A stretch of DNA of 18,627 nt, taken from Candidatus Krumholzibacteriota bacterium (GTDB taxonomy: Bacteria; Krumholzibacteriota; Krumholzibacteriia; LZORAL124-64-63). Of this stretch, positions 8,548 to 15,672 are shown piece after piece. The stretch covers positions 1 through 18,627 of the forward strand of contig JBDLKA010000071.1 in NCBI GenBank assembly GCA_039714075.1. Direction: 5' to 3'. The position numbers and the translations under genes were made by a program. The number at the start of each line of letters is the position of its first letter. Positions within the stretch are counted from its first letter, which is position 1. The notes beneath the pieces are model-generated. The model saw nothing but the letters and a program-made list of their open reading frames with translations. It ran no database searches and had not been told where the DNA came from.

Positions 8548-9927
8548 ATGAATCACGATCATGACACCGGCCGGCCGACCATCCTGGTCCGGACCCTGCG
8601 CCTGTTCGCCCCGGTCCGCGAGGGCGAAGGCGGCACGGTGCTGCTGATGGCCCTGAACGTGTTTCTGCTGTTGACCGCCTACTACATCATCAAGCCCGTG
8701 CGCGAGGCGCTGATTCTTTCGGAGTGGGGGGCGGAGGCCAAGATCTACGCCTCGGCCGGACAGGCGCTCCTGTTGCTGGGCGTGATCCCTCTTTACAGCC
8801 GCCTGGCCGACCGGATGAACGTGCGCCGCCTCATCGCCACGGTGCTGGTGTTTTTCGCCGCCTGCCTGGTGGCTTTCTACCTGTTGGCCCTGATCCGGGT
8901 CCCGCTGGGGATTCCCTTCTATCTGTGGGTGGGAATTTTCAACATGATGGTGGTGGCCCAGTTCTGGTCTTTCGCCAACGACTACTACACCGAAGAGCAG
9001 GGCAAGCGGCTGTTCGCCATCATCGGGTTCGGCATGTCCGCCGGCGCCGTGTTCGGCGGGTTCATCACCAAGAAACTGATCAACCCCCTGGGGCTTTACC
9101 AACTGATGCTGCTGTCGGCCGCCCTGCTGATCGTCAGTCTTGTGCTGACGGTGGCCGCGGCCAATCGCCGGAAACGAGCCGGCCGGGTTTCGACGGATCG
9201 CCCCCCAGTGGAAGAAGACGGGATGGAAGGGCCCGGCGGGTTCGCCCTGGTCCTGAAGAACCGCTACCTGCTGCTGATCGCGGTGATGATGATCCTGGCG
9301 AATCTGGTCAACACCACCGGCGAATACATCCTGGGGGCCAAGGTCAAGGACGGGAGCGAGCAGGCGGTGGCTGAAGTCGTCCGGACCTCCGGCATGAGCG
9401 ACGTTGCTTTCAGCGCCGCCGTGGTCGAGCGGCAGGCCGAAGTGGGCCGGTCCATCGGCGATTTCTATGCCGGGTTCTTCGCGATCGTGAACCTGGTCGG
9501 ATTGCTGACCCAGCTTTTCCTGGTGTCGCGCATCGTTCGCTGGCTGGGAGTGAACCGGGCCCTGATGATCCTGCCCCTGGTGGCCACGGGCGGTTACATC
9601 CTGATGGCCCTGTTCCCGGTTCTGGGGGTGGCCCGCTGGTCCAAGACCGCCGAGAATTCCACCGACTATTCCCTGCAGAACACCGTCCGCAACATGCTCT
9701 TTTTGCCCACCACGCGGGCCGAGAAATTCAAGGCCAAGCAGGCCATCGATGCTTTCTTTGTCCGCGCGGGGGATGTTTTTGCCGCGCTTCTTGTCCTGGG
9801 CGGCACCACGCTTGTTGGTTTAGCTCCTCGTGGATTTGCTCTTGTTAATGTTGGGATAGCTCTTCTCTGGGTGGTGCTGGCCTGGTTCATTGGTCGGCGG
9901 TACCTCCTCTTGTCCCGGGCTGGATAA
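8548..9927 (+). CDS. Npt/Tlc-type NTP/NDP exchange transporter (AAA family ATP:ADP antiporter homologue, MFS-like fold)
   Basis: About 12 hydrophobic segments. Family motifs YYIIKPVREAL, FYLWVGIFN...QFWSFAND...KRLF, DYSLQNTVRNMLFLP...KFKAKQAID..FVRAGD. AAAGGA RBS; starts 13 nt after the kinase-like gene. Confidence 0.88.
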   Translation: MNHDHDTGRPTILVRTLRLFAPVREGEGGTVLLMALNVFLLLTAYYIIKPVREALILSEWGAEAKIYASAGQALLLLGVIPLYSRLADRMNVRRLIATVLVFFAACLVAFYLLALIRVPLGIPFYLWVGIFNMMVVAQFWSFANDYYTEEQGKRLFAIIGFGMSAGAVFGGFITKKLINPLGLYQLMLLSAALLIVSLVLTVAAANRRKRAGRVSTDRPPVEEDGMEGPGGFALVLKNRYLLLIAVMMILANLVNTTGEYILGAKVKDGSEQAVAEVVRTSGMSDVAFSAAVVERQAEVGRSIGDFYAGFFAIVNLVGLLTQLFLVSRIVRWLGVNRALMILPLVATGGYILMALFPVLGVARWSKTAENSTDYSLQNTVRNMLFLPTTRAEKFKAKQAIDAFFVRAGDVFAALLVLGGTTLVGLAPRGFALVNVGIALLWVVLAWFIGRRYLLLSRAG

Positions 9928-10073
9928 CGCTTCCGCCAAGCCCCCTTCCCGTTATGAATAATCCGGGATGTCCTCGTCGCGGCCCTTCGGGCCGCTTCCT
10001 GCGGATTACCCGGATTATTCATAACGGGAAGGAAGCTTGGCACAAGGGTTGCCCTTCCCGGGACAAGAGGAGG
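9903..10073. repeat. Long imperfect palindrome (element 1) spanning the transporter stop codon, with conserved hairpin core
   Basis: Perfect arms 9944-9967/10009-10032 (24 bp), 9935-9941/10035-10041 (7 bp) and 9903-9919/10057-10073 (17 bp, left arm inside the CDS), all on the same axis. Inner hairpin GCGGCCC-TTC-GGGCCGC. Confidence 0.93.
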
Positions 10074-10312
10074 ATCACGGGTCAAAGAAACAGGTGCCTC
10101 CCAAGAGATTGAACCCCGAACCAAACAAGCGCACAAGCTGAGCAAAAACAACAGGTTGTGTTGTTTGTAGGGGTTGAGCGCAGGGGAAAAGAAGGAACTT
10201 TTAAGATCCCCCTGCGGCAAAAAAACGAAAAAGGGCGGATGACGAGCGGCCAATTTCCTGCCGGGCGGGGAAGAAATGCCGCGGGAATCGGAACAGAACA
10301 CGGAGGATGACG

Positions 10313-10813
10313 ATGGCTCCCGAATGCGCAGTTGCAACCATGGCCCAGGCCGGAAAATACCTTTCGTTCCGGCTGGATGACGAGGAATACGGCCTGGAAA
10401 TTCTCAAGGTCCAGGAAATCGTCAGCGCTGCCGGTATCAACGAATTTCCCCGGAATCCTGAAAATGTGCGGGGCCGGATCCGTTTGCGGAGCCGGGATAT
10501 TCCCGTGATCGACATGCGGGGGGTGTTCGGGTTGAAGGCGGTGCTGGAATCGGAAAAGAGCTGCATCATCATCGCCCAGGTTTCCCTGGGGAGTGAATTG
10601 ATCACCATGGGTCTGCTGGTGGACGAGGTTTGCGACGTGCTGAACATCGCCGCGGAGGAAATCCAGTTTCCCCCCACCTGGGCCGGCGGCATGGAAGGCT
10701 CCGACTTCATCAACGGTTTGGGAAAGCTGGAGGACAGGGACGTCATCCTGCTGGAAAGCGAAAAAATCTTCAGCGAGGAAGAACTCAAGGCCGTCGTCCT
10801 GTGGGACGATTAG
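10313..10813 (+). CDS. cheW: Chemotaxis adaptor CheW
   Basis: GKYLSFRLDDEEYGLEILKVQEI...IPVIDMR..FG...CIII...MGLLVDEVCDVLNI...FINGLGK. GGAGG RBS 6 nt before ATG 10313. Confidence 0.92.
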   Translation: MAPECAVATMAQAGKYLSFRLDDEEYGLEILKVQEIVSAAGINEFPRNPENVRGRIRLRSRDIPVIDMRGVFGLKAVLESEKSCIIIAQVSLGSELITMGLLVDEVCDVLNIAAEEIQFPPTWAGGMEGSDFINGLGKLEDRDVILLESEKIFSEEELKAVVLWDD

Positions 10814-10862
10814 AATCCGGTAAGGTAATTACCGTCAACCCATTAAAGAAACGGGTCTTGTT

Positions 10863-11732
10863 GTGACAGTCCGCAACGACATTCTGGCCAAGGTGCGCAC
10901 GATTCCCTCCATGCCTTCGGCCGTGGTCAAGCTCAAGCAATACCTGAGCGATCCCGACGTCAGCTTCGACGAGCTGGCGAAGGTCATAGAATTCGATCCC
11001 GGCTTGACGGCGAACCTGTTGCAGTTGGCCAATTCGGCCTACTTCGGCTGGTCGGGCCACATCAAGACCGTGAAGGAAGCCGTCACCCGGCTGGGCACCA
11101 ACCGCATCTTCCAGATGGTGTTGTGCATGTCGGTGGCTCCCCTGGTGCGCAAACCGGTCAAGGGTTACGACATGGGGTCGAACGGCCTGTGGCACCACTC
11201 CATCGCCACGGCCATCTGCGCCGAACAGCTTGCCGGGACCCTGGATTTTTCCAATCCCGAAGAGGCGTTCACCGCGGGCCTGCTCCACGACATGGGCAAG
11301 ATCCTGCTGGGAACGTTCGTGGAGATCGACGACGAACCCATCAAGAACCTGGTCGAGAACGAAAGCCTGTCCTTCAACGAGGCCGAGCGCCGGGTGCTGG
11401 GAATCGATCACGCCGAAGCGGCGGCCGAACTGCTGCAGTACTGGAAACTGCCGGAGAACGTGGTAGCCGCGGCCAGATGGCATCACGATCCCGACCAGGC
11501 CGATGAAAAACACCGTGACATCGTGGACCTGGTCCATGTGGCGGATATTCTCTGCATCAGGATGGGCTGGGGCATCGGAACCGACGGCCCGTTGTACTGC
11601 CTGAACAACGAAGTGGAAGAACGGCTGGGAGTGGACGCCCAGGTGGAAGACATCGTGACCGACAAGGTGGGCGCCGCCATCGACGATCTTCAGGGGATTC
11701 TGCAGGGCAAACCGGAGCCCGTGCTCAGCTGA
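10863..11732 (+). CDS. Stand-alone HDOD domain protein
   Basis: IPSMPSAVVKL, DPGLTANLLQLANSAYFG, LWHHSIATA, AFTAGLLHDMGK, ERRVLGIDHAE, WKLPE, WHHDP. Confidence 0.92.
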   Translation: MTVRNDILAKVRTIPSMPSAVVKLKQYLSDPDVSFDELAKVIEFDPGLTANLLQLANSAYFGWSGHIKTVKEAVTRLGTNRIFQMVLCMSVAPLVRKPVKGYDMGSNGLWHHSIATAICAEQLAGTLDFSNPEEAFTAGLLHDMGKILLGTFVEIDDEPIKNLVENESLSFNEAERRVLGIDHAEAAAELLQYWKLPENVVAAARWHHDPDQADEKHRDIVDLVHVADILCIRMGWGIGTDGPLYCLNNEVEERLGVDAQVEDIVTDKVGAAIDDLQGILQGKPEPVLS

Positions 11733-11744
11733 CCGGACCGGCGG

Positions 11745-12974
11745 CTACTCGCCGCCGATTTTCACCACCACCGCCTCATTCACCGCTTCACGGACGGCTT
11801 CGTCCAATTCCATTTTCGAGGAAAACTTCAGAAGGTCCATGGCCCGGGCGGTCAGTATGGGCTTGGGCGAGCGGATGGAGCAGCAGTCCCGGTAGGGCAG
11901 GATCGACGTGCCGAAGGCCCCGATCTTCTTGGACCAGGCGGTGATCTCCATCTTGTCCATGCCGATCAACGGCCGCAGGATGGGCAGTTCCACATCCGAA
12001 CTGATGGCGCCCAGGTTGTGCATGGTCTGGCTGGCCACCTGGCCCAGGCTGTCGCCGGTGACCAGGCCCAGGCAGCTGTTGCGACGTGCCAGGCGGACCG
12101 CAGTTTTCACCATGAACCGGCGGAACATGACCATGTCGTAGCTGTCGGAAATCACCCCGATGGCTCTCATCTCGTAGGGAACCACCGGTACCAGGAACAG
12201 CTTCAACGGCACCGGCGAAAACCGCGCCAGGATTTCCACCAGTTCCTTGATCTTGTCGACATCGGCTTCGGCGACGTTGCGGCCCGCATAGAAGTGGACG
12301 AAGTCGGGCCGGCTGCCGCGCCGCATCATCAGCCAGGCGGCCACGGGCGAATCGATGCCGCCGGACAACAGGACCATGGTGCGCCCGCTCGAACCGAAGG
12401 GCAGCCCGCCCCAGGCGGGTTCCTTGCCGGTGAAAACCAGTACGTTCTCTTTCAGGACCAGCACGTTCACCGTAAGTTCGGGCCGGCTCATTTTTCCCGG
12501 CAGCCCCGTGCACTGGTGCACGGCCGCGCCCACGATGCGGCTGACCTCCGGCGACTTCAGGCCGAAGCCGCGGTCGCTGCGGCGGGTCTCGACCTTGAAG
12601 TTGGCCGCCGTGCCCTGGTTTTCGCGCGCCAGCTCACAGGCTGTCCGGCAGATTCCGTCCAGAACGGGTTCGCGGTCGTTTTCCAGGTCGTCGCGCAGGG
12701 CGGGATCGATCTCGCCGCGCGGCACCGTCACCACCGGCGACATCCACTGTAGACCGAACACGTTCCGCAGTTTGGCCGTCACCTCCGGGGCGCGGGCCGG
12801 ATCGGTCAGGTAGACCAGCAGCCGGCTTTCCACGTGCCTGATCGCCTCGACCGGTTCGCCCTTGAGTGCCGCGTTCATGTTGTTGATCAGCTTGCGCAAA
12901 AACATCTTGCGGTTGCGGCCCTTCAGGGCGATTTCCGCGTAGGCGCAGGCGATGATGGGGGTGGCCAGGGCCAT
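11745..12974 (-). CDS. thiI: tRNA 4-thiouridine synthase ThiI (THUMP + PP-loop, no rhodanese domain)
   Basis: YAEIALKGRNR, THUMP (FKVETRRSD), GGLP.GSSG, LLSGGIDSPVA, TGDSLGQVASQT, RPLIGMDK, SILPYRDCC. Start placed at ATG 12974 because of an upstream GGAG; 13010 is an alternative. Confidence 0.93.
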   Translation of the reverse strand: MALATPIIACAYAEIALKGRNRKMFLRKLINNMNAALKGEPVEAIRHVESRLLVYLTDPARAPEVTAKLRNVFGLQWMSPVVTVPRGEIDPALRDDLENDREPVLDGICRTACELARENQGTAANFKVETRRSDRGFGLKSPEVSRIVGAAVHQCTGLPGKMSRPELTVNVLVLKENVLVFTGKEPAWGGLPFGSSGRTMVLLSGGIDSPVAAWLMMRRGSRPDFVHFYAGRNVAEADVDKIKELVEILARFSPVPLKLFLVPVVPYEMRAIGVISDSYDMVMFRRFMVKTAVRLARRNSCLGLVTGDSLGQVASQTMHNLGAISSDVELPILRPLIGMDKMEITAWSKKIGAFGTSILPYRDCCSIRSPKPILTARAMDLLKFSSKMELDEAVREAVNEAVVVKIGGE

Positions 12975-13106
12975 GACGACTCCGGGGGCTTGATTCTCCG
13001 AGTGATCCATGTATTCTGCTGTCTGCTGTTCCCATGCAGAATCTAACAGGAGTGGTTTGGGGCGCAAGAGCGCGTTACCGGCCGTTAGCGGCAAAAGGAC
13101 ATTACG

Positions 13107-14402
13107 ATGGTCGAAAGCGGCGGCATCAAGCTGGACATTTCGGGGCTGGACGGATTCCTGCGGCCCGGCGAGTTGGAGGCCATGGCCCCGCGGGTGGCGG
13201 CCGCCGCGGCCACGCTGGAAAACGGGACCTGCCCCGGCGCGGATTTCCTGGGCTGGCTCGATCTGCCCGCGCGCATCTCCGACGCCGACCTGACCGCGAT
13301 CGAATCCGCGGCCGACCGGGCCCGCCGGGACACCGCCAGTTACGTGGTGATCGGCATCGGCGGCTCTTACCTCGGCGCGCGGGCCGTCCTGGAGGCGCTG
13401 GGCGGCCCGGCTTCCGGCTGTCCCGAAATCCTTTTCGCCGGGACGGGATTGTGCTCGGCCACCCTGGACCGGTTGCTGACCCGGGTGCGGAAGCGGGATT
13501 TTCGCCTGTGCGTGATCTCGAAATCCGGCACAACCCTGGAACCCGCGGTTGCCTTCCGGCTGCTGCGCGGCGAGCTGGAAAAAAAATACGGTCGGGCCGG
13601 GACAGCGGAACGGATCACCGCCGTGACCGACGCCAAGCGGGGCGCGCTACGCGGGCTGGCCGAGGCCGAAGGTTTCGAAACCCACGTCATTCCCGATGAT
13701 GTGGGCGGACGATTTTCCGTCCTCACTCCGGTGGGCCTGGTGCCCTTGGCTGTCGCGGGCGTGGATATCCGGGGACTGGTGGCCGGCGCCCGGGCCATGC
13801 GCGATGCCTGCCTTTCCAGCGACCTGACCGCCAATCCCGCCCACCTCTACGCCGCGGCCCGCAATCTTCTTTACGAAAAGGGTTTTCTCAACGAGGTCAT
13901 GAGCACTTTCCACGGCGATCTGCAGATGTTGCAGGAGTGGTGGAAGCAGCTTTTCGGCGAGAGCGAGGGGAAAAACGGGCAGGGCATCTTTCCGGCCTCG
14001 ACGGTTTTCACCACCGATCTGCACAGCCTGGGCCAGTACATCCAGGACGGCCGCCGCAACCTTCAGGAAACCTTCCTGTGCGTGCGGAGCGGGGTCGGCG
14101 GCCTGACGGTGCCGGGCCAGGACCCGGGCGATCTGGACGGCCTCAACTACCTGGGCGGCCGGAGCCTGGACGATATCAACTGGAAGGCCTACCAGGGGAC
14201 CAGGCAGGCGCATCTGGCCGGGGGAGTTCCCTGCACGAGTTTCGAGGTGGAAACCCTGACGCCCCAGGCAGTTGGCGGGCTGCTCTACCTGTTTGAAAAG
14301 GCCGTGGCGGTGAGCGGTTTGTTGTTGGGAGTCAACCCCTTCGACCAACCGGGGGTGGAAACCTACAAGAAGGAAATGTTCCGCCTGCTGGGTAAATCCT
14401 GA
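13107..14402 (+). CDS. pgi: Glucose-6-phosphate isomerase
   Basis: VIGIGGSYLG, ISKSGTTLEP, DDVGGRFSVLTPVGL, EWWKQLFGESEGK, TDLHSLGQYIQDG, NPFDQPGVETYK. Confidence 0.97.
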   Translation: MVESGGIKLDISGLDGFLRPGELEAMAPRVAAAAATLENGTCPGADFLGWLDLPARISDADLTAIESAADRARRDTASYVVIGIGGSYLGARAVLEALGGPASGCPEILFAGTGLCSATLDRLLTRVRKRDFRLCVISKSGTTLEPAVAFRLLRGELEKKYGRAGTAERITAVTDAKRGALRGLAEAEGFETHVIPDDVGGRFSVLTPVGLVPLAVAGVDIRGLVAGARAMRDACLSSDLTANPAHLYAAARNLLYEKGFLNEVMSTFHGDLQMLQEWWKQLFGESEGKNGQGIFPASTVFTTDLHSLGQYIQDGRRNLQETFLCVRSGVGGLTVPGQDPGDLDGLNYLGGRSLDDINWKAYQGTRQAHLAGGVPCTSFEVETLTPQAVGGLLYLFEKAVAVSGLLLGVNPFDQPGVETYKKEMFRLLGKS

Positions 14403-14430
14403 ACCATACAGGTCTTGATTCACTCGCGGT

Positions 14431-14459
14431 TTGATCTCCCATCAATGACGTTATATTTT
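14431..14459 (+). promoter_or_regulatory. Candidate sigma70 promoter for the lipoprotein gene with overlapping TTGAT-N5-ATCAA palindrome
   Basis: TTGATC (14431-14436), 17 nt, TATTTT (14454-14459). Inverted repeat TTGAT/ATCAA at 14431-14445. Confidence 0.35.
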
Positions 14460-14534
14460 CGACAGGTGATGCGATAATCCCCGGGACCGGATTCCGGTTT
14501 CCCGATGTTTTTCCCCCAGATTGAGGAGAAACCC

Positions 14535-15323
14535 GTGAAGAAGTCAGCCCTTGTCTTCACAGTGATGGCCGTCGTCCTGATGATCGCGGTCGCCGGTTGC
14601 GGCGATAAGAAGGAAACGGCCGAAAGCGCGCCCGCCCCCGCCGCGGATGCGACCACGGCCCAGGCTCCCGCCCAGGCCGCCAACCCCGACATGTGGGAAG
14701 GCACCGTTCTGGAAACCATGAACTCCGGTGGGTACACCTACGTCCACCTCGACACCGGCAGCGAAAAGATCTGGGCCGCCGGTCCGGAAGCCACCGTTTC
14801 GGTCGGCCAGAAAATCGTGATGGACAAGGGCATGGCCATGGGGGAATTCCACGCCAAGTCCCTGGACCGCACGTTCGATCAGATCTACTTCGTCGGCTCC
14901 ATCAAGGGCGAGGGCGAAGCGCCCACCCAGGGAGCGCCCCACGGCGACATGGGTGGAATGAGCTCCCCCGAAGCCGCGTCCCACAGCACCGTGGATAAGG
15001 CCGACATCACTGGTGTCGCCAAGGCCGCCGACGGCTATACGGTCGAGGAGATCTTCACCAAGAGCGCCGAACTTTCCGGCAAGAACGTGAAGGTGCGCGG
15101 CCAGGTCGTGAAGTTCACGCCCAACATCATGGGCACGAACTGGGTGCACATCCAGGACGGCACCGGCAGTGGGCCGACCTCCGATCTTACCGTGACTACC
15201 AGTGCCGTCGTGGCCAACGGGGACATGGTTGTTGTCGAGGGGGCGCTGACGGTCAATAAAGACTTCGGTGCCGGGTACAAGTATGACGCCATTATCGAAG
15301 GTGCTACCGTCACCAAGGAGTAG
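14535..15323 (+). CDS. Lipoprotein with NrfJ-like and OB-fold domains
   Basis: GTG start after GAGGAG. Lipobox IAVAG-C. First domain GTVLETMNSGGYTYV...WAAGP. His/Met linker (PHGDMGGM). Second domain KVRGQVVK..PNIMGTNWVHIQDGTG...KDFGAGYKY. Confidence 0.8.
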   Translation: MKKSALVFTVMAVVLMIAVAGCGDKKETAESAPAPAADATTAQAPAQAANPDMWEGTVLETMNSGGYTYVHLDTGSEKIWAAGPEATVSVGQKIVMDKGMAMGEFHAKSLDRTFDQIYFVGSIKGEGEAPTQGAPHGDMGGMSSPEAASHSTVDKADITGVAKAADGYTVEEIFTKSAELSGKNVKVRGQVVKFTPNIMGTNWVHIQDGTGSGPTSDLTVTTSAVVANGDMVVVEGALTVNKDFGAGYKYDAIIEGATVTKE

Positions 15324-15466
15324 ACCGGAGGCCGGGTGTGACTTGACTCGGCTTAGCGGATGCGTCCACAACAAAAAGGCCCGGCATAAGCCGGGCCTTT
15401 TTGTTGCGAACACGTCCGATGCACCTCGTTCAAGCCGCACCCGGCCTCCGGTCTACTCCTTGGTGA
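15310..15466. repeat. Long imperfect palindrome (element 3) mirroring the lipoprotein 3' end, centred on a terminator hairpin
   Basis: 37-bp arms 15310-15346 and 15430-15466 (2 mismatches), including the stop codon. Axis within 1 nt of the inner 17-bp stem. Confidence 0.93.
15369..15406. terminator. Bidirectional Rho-independent terminator
   Basis: CAACAAAAAGGCCCGGC-ATAA-GCCGGGCCTTTTTGTTG, 45 nt after the lipoprotein stop, with a T-tract on both strands. Confidence 0.88.
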
Positions 15467-15547
15467 AGCACCGCCCTTGATGATGCCGGCATTTGCAACA
15501 TGGCGCACCCAAGGCTCGACCGGTGGCGTCACTTTGACATTCAATGT

Positions 15548-15575
15548 AAAAATCCGAGGTTGGCCTCGGGTTTTT
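15548..15575. terminator. Second bidirectional terminator-like hairpin
   Basis: AAAAATCCGAGG-TTGG-CCTCGGGTTTTT. Confidence 0.6.
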
Positions 15576-15613
15576 GGTTGAATAATCAAAACAGGGTCTT
15601 CATGGGGGTATGA

Positions 15614-15657
15614 GAAAACCGGCGCTTCATCCCATTAAGGGGAAGCGCCGGTTGTTC
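15614..15657 (-). terminator. Rho-independent terminator of the globin gene
   Basis: 12-bp stem AACCGGCGCTTC/GAAGCGCCGGTT (15617-15628/15642-15653) ending in TTTTCTC on the minus strand, just after the globin stop. Confidence 0.7.
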
Positions 15658-15672
15658 GGGCGAGAGATTCGA

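Noticed and set aside
9921..10055. Element 1 as an integron attC site (TAAC at the stop codon, GTT downstream)
   Set aside because: The ends are GGATAAC and GTTGCCC, not RYYYAAC and GTTRRRY. No integrase or cassette array, and element 2 lacks such ends.
10074..10312. c-di-GMP riboswitch or sigma28 promoter upstream of cheW
   Set aside because: No GGCAAA...GNRA...GCAAAG pattern and no properly spaced TAAA-N15-GCCGATAA. The CGCAGGGG/CCCCTGCG pair has a 22-nt loop and is weak.
9666..10337. 223-aa minus-strand ORF
   Set aside because: Overlaps the transporter and the cheW start antisense, crosses the palindrome, and shows no protein-like motifs.
12975..13094. Longer N-termini given by the ORF track for thiI (also NlpC/P60 at 4524, Omp85 at 5282, lipoprotein at 14505, globin at 16284)
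   Set aside because: Downstream starts have better RBS or coupling and put signal peptides or conserved domains at the N-terminus.
15353..15589. 78-aa minus-strand ORF in the convergent gap
   Set aside because: It runs through terminator hairpins. Its resemblance to the lipoprotein end arises from the inverted repeat and is frameshifted.
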